A stretch of 64,000 nucleotides of DNA, from the NCBI GenBank assembly GCA_951406725.2, contig OX597814.1, positions 45,818,001 to 45,882,000 on the forward strand, read 5' to 3'. Both the position numbers and the translations under genes were made by a program. Position 1 is the first letter of the stretch. Each line of letters starts with the position of its first letter. The notes below the pieces were generated by a model. That model was not told the origin of the DNA, did no database searches, and saw only the letters and a list, made by a program, of their open reading frames with translations. Below, in pieces: positions 25,178 through 36,845 of the stretch. This stretch comes from Octopus vulgaris (Eukaryota).

Positions 25178-25189
25178 TGCGCATGCGCA
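25178..25189. promoter_or_regulatory. NRF1/ewg-type binding palindrome TGCGCATGCGCA
   Basis: Exact 12-bp consensus in non-repetitive, locally CpG-rich sequence. Confidence 0.7.
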
Positions 25190-25840
25190 CAGACCACTTT
25201 CGGCGGTCTTGAGAATTGGGTGTTCTGCTTTTTTGTTTTTCCCCTTTTTCACTGTCGAGAAGACTCCATTGATAAGTTTCGGTTTTTCTGCTGCTGCTAC
25301 ACAATACCTCTTTCAATCTGAGATAATTTTGGAATTTTATAAGTTGTTGCAATACTTTCCCTCTTATCGTAACTGTATGGATATTATTTTTCGACATGGG
25401 ATAAATGCTTCTCTCTTCTTTCTTCTTTGGTTGAATATGAGCTATTCATTCATACTACTAAGCCCAATGCATAAAGACATGTTTATCTAGTCAGGTGCAT
25501 TTGTTGAAATCAAAGGAGTAGGAGACAGTATTAAAATGTGAATGTGCGTGTGTGCATAAATGCATGCATTTATGTATGTACGTATGCATGTATGTATGCG
25601 TGTGTATATACACATGTAAATGTATATAATATACTAATATAAACATGTATAAATATGTATAACTATGTATATATTTATAAAAACATGTCTATGTATGTAT
25701 ATATTTATAAAGATGTATATATAACATCATGTGCATGTGTATGTATATATATATATATATGTATATATATTCACATATATGCTTACATACACATATTTAC
25801 ATGTATTAATTTCTCTCTTTTTCTCTCTCACTATATACCT

Positions 25841-25957
<117 letters not shown>

Positions 25958-26039
25958 CACCTAATAATTTATACACATCTAATTATTAAAGAGGAGAAAT
26001 TATCAGAAAAGCCATTCTTGTTCATTTTTTCAAATATAT

Positions 26040-26940
26040 CATCACCATCATCATCACCACCATCATCATTGTCGTCATGATCATCATCATCATTTAATAT
26101 CCTAATTCCATGCTGATATCAGTTTGATGGGAGCCAACTTGCTAGAGGGCTACAGAGGGTCCCTAAATCTTATGTAAAGTTTATATGGCTGGAAACCCTT
26201 CCTAATACCAACCACTTTACAGAGTGTACAGGATGTTACATGGCTACTCCAGCAGGAAAAGGAGAAAGAATGATAAGTGGGTGATGGTGTACCCTTAAGG
26301 TAGAAGAAGGTGTATAAAGAATAAAGACAGAAATTCAAGGGTAGCTGGATGGGTTGGTAGGTTTGTGAGAATGTGAAAGGAGAGTGATAGATAATAGAGA
26401 TGAGGATAGAAGTGAATGATGAACATGGATGGGAGTGTAGACAGTGGCATATCTCAGTTTGGAGGAATGTTAAGAAAATAGGAGTAGGTCAAGGAGGAGG
26501 AGGAGGTGATAGGTGGTAATACATAAAGGTGGGCTGGAGAACAACAGTATAATAAAACCATAGATAGATGAGATGTAGTGATATGAGGTGAAGTGTTGTG
26601 GGGATGGAAGGGGCACAGCAACAGAGACACACAGTGGATAAGTAACTTCAGAAAGGGGTAGGGACATTGATAGACATGAGGGGGTGTTCAAGGGATGGAA
26701 CATTCAATGTAAATATTGTGGCAAGGAATGAGACCGGGAGTACAAGATGACTGGCAAGGGAAGTGATTCCAAGGAGAGGGATTACTGGTAGTACAGAAAT
26801 TGGGGTGAAGAATATATGCAGTTCTGCCCTCATCTAGTAGATGAGGAAATATTGCCAAAGTTAGAAGGGTGAAGGAAGGATTTTTGTCACAAAGATGTGC
26901 TGCTGGGAAGATTTGACATGAACAGATTAGATGCAGGGCA
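26040..26940 (-). mobile_element. Degraded repeat with RTE-type tail and purine/pyrimidine-skewed body
   Basis: (CAT)n then TTTAATATCC...TTCCATGCTG...CCTTCCTAATACCAACCAC, followed by ~600 bp of G/A-rich plus strand. Confidence 0.5.
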
Positions 26941-27199
26941 AAAGCATTAACAATATGCCTTTAGAACCTTATTTTTACAAAGATGGATTGGTCTTCTCAA
27001 GAACAGAGAATTACCATTCATCTAGGTTCTTTGTCATCTCCTCCATGAGGCTCAACAAATTGAGGCTGGTCTTCACTACTTCATTTCATGTTTTCCTTTT
27101 CCATATACATTTAATAATTGGCACTCGTTTTTTGCAGCTGTCCTCATCATACACACGACATGACCATATGCATCATATGATCATATGCATCATATGACC

Positions 27200-27482
27200 A
27201 AGAACCATCTGAACGTGGCCGTTGCCAGCGCTGCCCCGAATGGCTTCCGTGCCGGTGGCACGTAAAAGGCACCATCCGATCATGGCTGTTTGCCAGCCTC
27301 GTCTGGCACGTAAAAAGAACCCATTACACTCATGGAGTGGTTGGCGTTAGGAAGGGCATCCAGCCGTAGAAACATTGCCAGATCAGACTGGGCCTGGTGC
27401 AGCCTTCTGGCTTCCCAGACCCCAGTTGCACCGTCCAACCCATGCCAGCATGGAAAGCGGATGCTAAACGATGATGATGATA
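27200..27482 (+). mobile_element. 5'-truncated RTE 3' UTR copy with 15-bp TSD
   Basis: Hairpin repeats plus (GAT)n tail; GACATGACCATATGC at 27157-27171 and 27484-27498. Confidence 0.85.
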
Positions 27483-28091
27483 TGACATGACCATATGCCT
27501 CACATGGCCATACAAATGTAGTTGTCTCTATTGCACACTTCATTTAATGCCTCTTGTGCCTAATTTTCCTCTCATAGTCATATAGAAATAATGGATGTCA
27601 ATAAAAAGTGACCAAGAAGAAAAGAAGTGGAATTTTGTGGCATAGAAAGATAATGCAGGTTAAAAAGTAACCTCATGGGAAGGGGTTGTTGACTGTCAAT
27701 ACATAAATGTAAATGAGGGATCCACTGGGTACCAGAAGATTTTATGTAATCCCTACTTACTCAAGTATTGTGATTGATGGGGGAGAAAAGTAGCAAAATA
27801 CAGGTGGCAGCAGAATAGAAGATTGAGGTTGGACATATCTAATGTTTTCTCTCACTTCATGAATGGCATAGTCCAGTGAAGAGAAGGGTTGCCAGAGAAA
27901 TGAAAGTTTGCCAAATAGGCAAAAGGGCAGCAGATGGTGACTTATGCAAAATAGAGAAAAGGCCCAGATATAGACATATATATTGTACATCCTAGTACCC
28001 AACATTATCCTTATTCTAATGTACATATTATGGAGTTTGCATGGGGGATCAGATCTCCAGCACTGTGTATCATCAATCAACATAGTCCTCT

Positions 28092-28425
28092 ATCATCATC
28101 ATCATCATCGTTTAATGTCCGTTCTTCATGGGTTGGACGGTTCGACCAGGGATCTGGGAAGCCATGAGGCTGCACCAAGCTCCAGTCTGATCTGGCAGTG
28201 TTTCTACAGCTGGATGCCCTTCCTAACGCCAACCACTCTGTGAGTGTAGTGGGTGCTTTTTACGGGCCACTGGCACAGGTGCCAGGTGAGGCTGGCAAAC
28301 GGCCACGATCGGATTGGTGCTTTTTACATGCCACCGGCACGGAAGCCAGTCAAGGCAGCACTGACATCGGCCACGTTCGGATGGCGCTTTTTACGTGCCA
28401 CCGGCACAGAAGCCATCACCTTCAT
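28092..28425 (-). mobile_element. RTE 3' UTR copy
   Basis: (CAT)n CGTTTAATGTCCG...GGATGCCCTTCCTAACGCCAACCACTC plus hairpin repeats. Confidence 0.85.
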
Positions 28426-28429
28426 AAAA

Positions 28430-30300
28430 TGCGACATCTTAAGATCAGTCTTCACCACTTCATCCTGAGCTCTTTCTTCCATGGGTTCCATTCACTCTGA
28501 GCTCTTTCTTCCATGGGTTCCATTCACTCTGAGCTCTGAGCCTTTCTTTATGCAACTGTCATTATCCATATGTATTGTGTGCCTATTCCAGCCCACTACT
28601 TTTTGACTGCCTTTATATGCAGTTTTTCTTCTTAGCTTATTTGAACTCAATAGTTCATACAAGCTAACATTACATATCCAGCAGAGCATGTGTGTATAAT
28701 TTCTTTTAGTCTTTTGCAAGTCCTCAGTACTTAGTGTCTACATCTCACTATCATGCAGCATTGAGTTCACTCAAAAGCATCATACATCTTACTTTTCACA
28801 CTGGGAGACAAAGTCATTGTTACCAGCAGATATAACTGAACTTTTTTGCAACCCACTTTTGTTTTGGTTATTATGCTTTCAGATCATCCATCCTAACTGC
28901 TAATTAGGTTACCTAGATAGTATAAGTTATCAGCTACTTCTGGAGAAGTGCCTGGACATTTGAAAGAGTGAATTTCATGTGTATTCTAGATACTAACCAC
29001 TCATGTACACAGGCTATATATAAATTTTGCTTTTTTTAACACTTTGCCTGAGATCCTACTGCACCAGTTGTGCATCCATAATTTACACTGAGCACAATAT
29101 ATGGAATTTCTACTTTCACTTTATCTGCATATCAAGCATTTCCCTGATGGTAACAGGGGCCTACTTTTTAAAAACCTTAACCTTTACTAAGTTTATTTTG
29201 AGGTCTCTTAAGCCTAGATTTTGCTTCAAGGTTTGGAATTTCTTCACTAAATCTCCTATAGATTCAACTGTAGGAACTAGACTATAAGAATACAGGAGTT
29301 CCCATGGACAGCTGGTCTTAAACTTCTGCTATAGTCTGAAGGGTGAAAGTGTATAGGAGGAGGTTGAAGACCGAGACCTGATGAATCCTTACCTGTATGC
29401 TAAATTCATCATTGCTGACTTCCAGTTTGCTGATTGTGTAACACTAGCATATATAACCTTCACAAGCCATTTATTTGCATCTGGTTTTCTTATCAGCCAC
29501 CTGATTATAAAGCATGGCACCCTGTAAAAAGCCTTTTATATGTTGGCAAATGCTAGTTATAGTGGCTTACTAGTTAAGTACTTCTGTATTGGTGCTACAT
29601 TCAGGCATTAAGCTGAACTACATATCATCCAGGTTAAATCTGTTTCTAATCAACTGTGCTATGATTAAGCTTCATAATCTGGTCCTACAATTTGCTGCCT
29701 CTGTTATTGCATCTTCTTTGCCCCTTTAGCAGCTTTTAATGACACTGTTATGTCAGTCATTGGATGTGATGACTTTTATACTACCTGATTAATTATTCAA
29801 GTAATTAGGATGTGTCCTACTTCACTAGATATTTTAAGCATCTCAGTGACTATCCTTTCATATTCTTAATCACACTGTTTACTGCTGTTAACTTGGATGG
29901 CTGGTCCCTTTGTTTGGTCTACTTGGAAGAGACCTCTTTCTCACATGTTTTCTTCACATCCAAGTACTTCCAGGTCTCTTTTTCTTCAGTAAGTAAGGTT
30001 AAGTGTCCTCTGTCATTCCAAAACACTTTTCCCCCATGACATTTCAGATTTCTTAGGCACACTGTCTTGCAGATTGGACACCTCATATCTCTGATCCTTG
30101 CATCACAGAATATCTGCGAACCTTTGTACTTTCTACATCTCCTCTAGCTAAATACACCCAACTTCTAGTTTCTCATCCAGCTATTTTATAACATTGTCTG
30201 TTGTTACCTTCCTTACAGATTTTTCAAGTCTGTTTCTTTGCTGCTTAGGCTTTTGGAATCCTATGATGCAAATGGCCTAACCATTTGTATAACTAAGTTC
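28430..30300 (-). mobile_element. Old, heavily degraded RTE LINE (RT region)
   Basis: Minus-strand remnants MLCWICNVS..., DSCIKK...VNGTHGR, YLGNLIS..., and GLKINLVKVKV-like sequence, collinear with 36845-38400. Confidence 0.7.
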
Positions 30301-31342
30301 AGGAAACCAAATGCCTATCATATTACTCAAGTGAACATGAAAGCCAGATAGCCTTCATTCTCACCTGGAAATGAAGACAGATGGTTCCAGTAAGGCATAT
30401 ACCACTCAACATAACAGAAGTTAGTGATTAGAGTAAGTGCAGATAAATCCTGTTGCATAAGATGACTGAAGTACATAACTATGATATATCCTTCTGATAG
30501 CAGTAATATTATTTATTATTAAAACTTTCTCATTGCAAAAGATTAAATTTGCTGCTACTATACTAGTGGCATAGCGTCTGACTATCTTCTCTGTTTTTCT
30601 TTTGATAAAAACAGACTTTTAAAAAAAAATTTGGTATGTATAGGTGAACCTGTAAAAGGGAAGTGTCAACTGTCTCCACCAATCAAACAAGTATAATGCG
30701 GTGTAAAGAATTCCAAGGTATATAAACATGTACTGGAGCCAGACTATGAATGATAAAAGCAAATCTGATGAATAATGTTCTACTTGTAGATCCATATCAG
30801 TAGCAAATAATATAACTAGTAATTTGAGATCACGAGAGAGAGAGAGGGGGAGGGAGAGAAAGAGAGAGAGATATGAGTGAAAGAGAGGCCAGAAAGAGTT
30901 AAAAACAATCAACTAATAAAAATTAGAAAAAATGTAAAAAAAGAACTTATTTATAAAAAGGACTTATACATGACCAATCAGAAAGGAAGAGACAAGCCTG
31001 GATAGCTAATATTGTGATCTTGATTTTGAACAAAATATAAATAAATGAAGTGAAAGAGAATGCATTCTAAAAAGAGTCTACTATATTGGTTCAGATAATC
31101 AGAAAGACAGGGTATGTGTGTCATAAAATTTGTTATTAGTTTAACCTGTTTTTCCATGTTGGCACATGTTGGAGGAAAAAAGTAAAATAAAATTTTGCTT
31201 TCCCTTTAGTCTCCTCTTACCAAGCAAAATCCTTTATTAGTTGCTATTTCTGGAATATGGTTCTATCAGAACTTACTCTTTTTGTACACACAGACACAGT
31301 CATGAACATACATACATACATACACATATGAGTGTGTATGTG

Positions 31343-31393
<51 letters not shown>

Positions 31394-31449
31394 TTTAGTA
31401 TTTGTTTTGCAAGATTCTTGATGTAAATGGTCTGATGGAACAGATGTTA

Positions 31450-32050
31450 TATCTTAGGACAGTTCTGTTGCCAATATAAACGCTCAAACTGGTTCTGTTT
31501 CACCTCCTCTTATTATTAGTAGTCAACTAATTAATGAATTAATCAATTAACTAATTGATTGTGTAAATAATCGAATTATCAATCAATCATTTGGTTCATC
31601 AGACTCCTTACATAGCCATTCACAATATCATCAATGACATACCCTCATTGCTCCAGGTATGGTTTAATTTATCTAAACACCAACTGACTGATCAAACAAT
31701 TAGTCAAACAATCAATTACTTAATCGGTTAATTAATTAACTAGTTGACTAATAATTCATTCTAATTTTGGCACCAAAGCCAGCAGTTTTAGGGGGCAGAG
31801 TTACTCAATTACATCGACCCCAGTATTTGATTGGTACTTTATTTTATCACTCCCTCCCTGCTTCCCCAAAGGATGACAAGCAAATTACATTTTGATGGGA
31901 TTTGAACTCAGAATGTAAACAGCTGGAAGAAATGACACTAAGCTCTAACAATTCTATCAGCTGACTGTGTTTTGTTGACTAATACTCGTGAAAAGAAGTG
32001 CTATAGAGCTAGTATGTTTTAATTGACAAAATGGTCCACCCAAAATGCGA
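31450..32050. mobile_element. Imperfect fold-back MITE-like element interrupted by a SINE
   Basis: ATTAGTAGTCAACTAATTAAT... (~31515) pairs with ...ATTAACTAGTTGACTAAT (~31750). The outer arms continue after the SINE. Confidence 0.5.
31754..31973 (-). mobile_element. tRNA-derived SINE family 2 with 11-bp TSD
   Basis: GTTGACTAATA at 31743-31753 and 31974-31984; body homologous to 10172-10392. Confidence 0.75.
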
Positions 32051-32176
32051 TATACATTAGTCACTGGGAGCCCATTTGTTGTGTGATTGTATAAGTATAT
32101 TTATACATATATATATATACTGTATTTATACTGTATATATACTGTAAATATAGTGTATAAGTATACTTATACATAT

Positions 32177-32880
32177 TGGAAGAGGGAGACCCAGGAAGAC
32201 AGGGGATGAGGTGGTGAAGCACGACCTTCGAATGTTGGGCCTCATAGAGGCAATGACAAGAGACCGAGACCTCTGGAGATATGCTGTGATTGAGAAGATC
32301 CTGCAAGTAAAGTGAGATCACAGCTGTAGCCTATACCAGTGTCGCATAACCAGCCCATTTAAAAAGTACCTTTGAATCATTGGGCAACACGCCGTGCTTG
32401 AGGAGACCTAGTGAGTCAAGTAAAATCAAAAATCAAAATCAAAATCACAATCAGAATCTCAATCAAATCGAAATCAAAATGGAAATTGTAGCTGTGGCCA
32501 ATACCAGTGCCACCTGAATGTCTCCCGTGCTGGTGGCACGCAATAAGCACCATTCATGCATGGGTCATTGCCAGTGCCGCCTGACTGGCTCCTCATGCTG
32601 GTGGCACATAAAAAGCACCATCTGAACATGGTCAATGCCAGCCCCGCTGCCCCAACTGGTTCCTGTGCTGCCTGACTGGCTCCTGTGCTGTTGGCATGTA
32701 AAAAGCACTCACTACAATCTTAAAGTGGTTGGTATTAGGAAAGGCATCGAGCTGTAGAAATATTGCCAGATCAGATTGGAGCTTGATGCAGCCTCCTGGC
32801 TTGCCAGTCCCCAGTCAAAGCGTCCAACCCATGCTAGCATGGAAAACGTACGTTAAACGATGATGATAATGATGATGATA
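32177..32880 (+). mobile_element. RTE LINE 3' end (ORF terminus and full 3' UTR)
   Basis: Near-identical to 499-1106; includes an (AAATC)n stretch, hairpin repeats and (GAT)n tail. Confidence 0.9.
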
Positions 32881-33599
32881 TTATGTTAACACACATACAT
32901 GCATACATGCACACACATATGCACATACATATATATGTATTCACCTACATTATATATATATATATATATATAGGCTCAAAACGTAAAAGACTTTCTCACC
33001 TTCCTGAGTGTCAAGCTAATATACATGCTTGTTGTTTATACACCTGTCTTCATCTTTTGTTTTTCTGTCAATTTCAACTATACATATATATATGTGTGTA
33101 TATATATAAAATACAAAATGGGACAAGAACGTAAAACATCCGGACTGCTAGGTGATACAAAAAGGGACAACAAAACATCCAGATAGCCGATACAAAGAAA
33201 ACAAGGATGGGTCATTCAAAGTTTTCTTTCCTCAGTCAACACACACACACAGGTGAGGGAACATCAGGAATGGAAAAGTCTTTGACATTTCAAGCATACA
33301 CTTTTCAACAGAAAGGATTGAGAGGAAAAAAATGAAGAGAGAACAAAAAAAAAACAACAACAAAAAACAAACACAGTGAGAAAAAATGTGTAGGGATTAA
33401 CAGTTCAGTATATATATGTTTATGTGTATATGCATATGCATGTGCATATATGCATGGGAAATGGCATTGCTCTATATATAGAAAAGGAGTAAGTAGAAAT
33501 TTCATATGGTCTGGTGGTATCATAAGCAGGTTAATAAAGAAAGACTTTGTATGTAGTAGATGTGCAAGAGCAATGAACAGTAAAAGCACACACAACATA

Positions 33600-34140
33600 A
33601 TTTCTTCTTAATGCTCATGAAGATCTCTAGAAGTAGAAAATAGCTTTAGTTTCCTGTGTAACCTAATTAGTAGTGGAAAATGATGTTCAGAAAGTATGGT
33701 TGCCAGAGTATGAACAGGCTAGAGAAAATTCAGAAAGTTTTCTCTCTCAGAGTGAAAGTCAAACAGTATGATTTTTGTGTATGAACTGCAATGCTATATG
33801 GCAGTGAGATTTGGGTACTAAATGTAGAGGTCCTGTGAAGACCAAAAAGAAATTAAGTGAACATATTCTGTTGGATGTGAACTATTAGTGTGCAAGAACA
33901 ATGGAGCACAAATATATTGAGGTAAAATTAGGCTTTTAAAAAATGTGGTGTGTAACAAAGAAGACTGTGTTCGTACTGTGAGTGATGTGTATGGATGAGA
34001 ATAGCTGTATAAAGAATTGTCGATCGCTTAGTGTTTGGAATCTGAGGAAGAGAGAGACCTGGAAAGATGTGGAGTGAAATAGAGAAGGCTTATCTCAGGA
34101 TGTTGAGCCTCCTAAAGGAGATGACAAAAATTTGCTATAT
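33600..34140 (+). mobile_element. Old degraded RTE RT C-terminal fragment
   Basis: CTAGAAGTAG...CCTAATTAGTAGTGG...GCAATGCTATATGGCAGTGAG...GGAAGAGAGAGACC, collinear with 40-600. Confidence 0.7.
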
Positions 34141-35975
34141 ATAGACATAATATATAGGATATAATGCAAATATCCATACACACTCATACATGTGTGTGCA
34201 AAGATAGTGTGTGTGTGTGTGTGTGTGTGAAAAGAAAAAGTCAAAAAATGAGGGATGACTGATACATTAAGAGATAAATTAATATGTATGTACAAAAATA
34301 GGTGAATCTATGTAGAAGAAAAAGATAAATGAATGAGTAGATAAATAAATAAAAATGAAATAAAAGAAATTCACAGAGACAGAATATTGTGTATAAAGAA
34401 AACAAGCTTACTGTATACGATGACTAGAAATCAGTCATTAGCAACAATTTTCTTCTTTTGGGATTCTAATTTAAGGTTTGCTACTATCAATGTTGTGCCT
34501 TTGAAAGATAAGTCTGGAGAGATAACAATTTTTCTTTTTTTTAATGATTTCTTTGGAAGGCAGAGGGAGGGCAGCAGCCATGACTCTTTTCAGGGCTTCT
34601 GAATCTGTTGGAAGGAAGGGGAAAAAATACACTTCTGTTGCAGTATTTGAGTCAGAGTCCTTTACTAGCAGAGTGAGCTTTTCTACAAGCACCCAAGGGT
34701 CAGATAATGATGTTAAGTTGAGCAGTGCATGTTATGTTCGTAATATGGTCATGAAGAAAGGTTTGTTGTAAGTAAATATACAACACTTAATGCTACATTA
34801 ATATGGAAGATGTTCATGCAATACAAAAAGAGTAAATTTTATATGAAACTATGTATATTAAAAGTACAGGAGATCTTTATCAGAAAATTCAACACTAGGC
34901 TAATTTTACTCGTCAATACATATTCATGTTGTTGTGTTGTTGCAGTATGTTTCTTCATTTATTGTACCAGGTTGAATATGTAGCTGTGAGGACAGCTATG
35001 TGTCAAGAGCAAAATCCACCAAAGACTGAATTCACTCAGCCCTTAATGTGCTTAAATGAGCAGCTATTTTCAGGCTCTGTTCACAGAAAGTTCTAGTCAT
35101 GCCACCAGACTATCATGTGAACAAAAGCTGTTGTTTGGACTGAAATGGGTTTGGCACCATGATCAGCTACATGATTTACATGAGACCAAATGTGGGGTCA
35201 AATCCAATTGTCATATGTTCAAGAAATGAGATGCTTAGGTGCCTCAGTACTTCAGCTAGATTCTCATTGGCAAAGAACTCAAGTAGAAATTCTTCTGAGG
35301 GGAAGAACCTGGCATTCTTAGTAAAGAACTGAGTAGATTTGCTTATGATTTACAATGTAGTAAAATGACCCGTCTTCTGTGAGATCTTTGTTCAAGTTAC
35401 CTCTAGAATAATGACTGTGGCATTGTCATCCATAGTTAGTCATTTCAATAGTCAACCAACTATGGTGACATATATGAGAAAAAATCAATAAAGTACATTG
35501 ATGTAAAAAGAAACTAGGGTTGTATTACATAAGAACAGACAAGAGAGATCAAGGCCCTTTGAATTTTCTTGTGCAAATGACTTTATTATTTGCAATACAA
35601 ACTTTAGTCAGCTAATTAGCTAAGCCAAATTATTTTGCATTTTCCAGAAAATTAGACAGAATGGTTATGCATACCTAATCTTTCTCTAAATTAGTGACGA
35701 TAAATTTTAATTTGGGAACAACATAGATTTGAAAGTAAAAAATAAAAAGAAAAAAAAGAAAAGATATGGAGGTAAACTAAATTTCTAAACATTACTAATT
35801 GTTGCTAATGGAAAATTATGACATAGGAGATGGCTAACCGTTCCCTTGGGATAAATTGCTGGAAACCACTGACCAGTTCTCAGGATGGATCTAGATAGTT
35901 GCTAGGTATCAAAGAATAGTAGCTACAAGAGTTAAGTAATAAAATCAAAGGAGTGGGAGAAGAGGAGAAGCAAAG

Positions 35976-36011
<36 letters not shown>

Positions 36012-36059
36012 GGTTGGATATAACATATCAGGCATATCTACATAGGAGAGAAGGGGATG

Positions 36060-36420
36060 TGCCAATGTTTAGTCTCATGAGGATGAGGTGTAAAGCACTC
36101 TGAATTGCAAAGCAGTGTATTTACATACATCAGATCCCAAATTATTTACACACCAAGACATCTAACCCACAGACTTTCTGCCACCTCACTCTTACCTTTC
36201 AACAGCTATTGTTGCTTTTACATTTCAGAGCTAGATGGTCGCATGCCAGGCCCACCTACCCACTAGTCTCTCCCCATCTCATCACTCATGTTGTGTCTGC
36301 CATGTCTAGGAGTCACACTAACTACTATGCTTAGTTCTTCTCCAAATTTCTTTCTGGAATTCTCTCTGAATGTGTTTTTCTTGCAATTGTTCAAGAAGCA
36401 TCAAACATATCAATCTCACT
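36060..36420 (+). mobile_element. Degraded CR1/Jockey-like LINE 3' end
   Basis: SELDGRMPGP and SRSHTNYYA*FF...WNSL-like remnants. Confidence 0.45.
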
Positions 36421-36845
36421 GTCTCAGACGGCTTGTGAAAGCTATAGGCATAGCCCCTTCCTTCAGAGCAAATCACAGAAAAAAAATGCCAAACTATCTG
36501 CACCAGTTTCAGTATCTACTCCTGGCACCTGGCTGTAATCAAGAACACCTGTACCCAACAGAAAAAAGTGTTGAGACCGATCCTTTTGGTTGTGTAAAAC
36601 AACATGGTAAGAGCTACAGACAAAGTCTATCATTGGGGTAAGATATTATCCAGATGGAAAATAACATAGTGATGGAATAGTACTGTAGATGGAACCATAA
36701 ATGCTAAGAGGCTGGCCTGAAAAAACAGGATAAAAGTGGTGCAGCAGAAAACTATACCAATTATAATACAAACTAAGAAATTGACATAGCATTCATTGAA
36801 TTATAGAATCTCTGTGTTGAGCACTGTAAAATTAATCAACTTTAT

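Noticed and set aside
28465-28541. 32-bp perfect tandem duplication
   Set aside because: Real, but an ordinary slippage duplication inside a dead RTE copy.
32500-32710. CRISPR-like array of palindromic repeats with variable linkers
   Set aside because: Eukaryotic context, no cas genes, linkers related to each other, and the array is part of the RTE 3' UTR.
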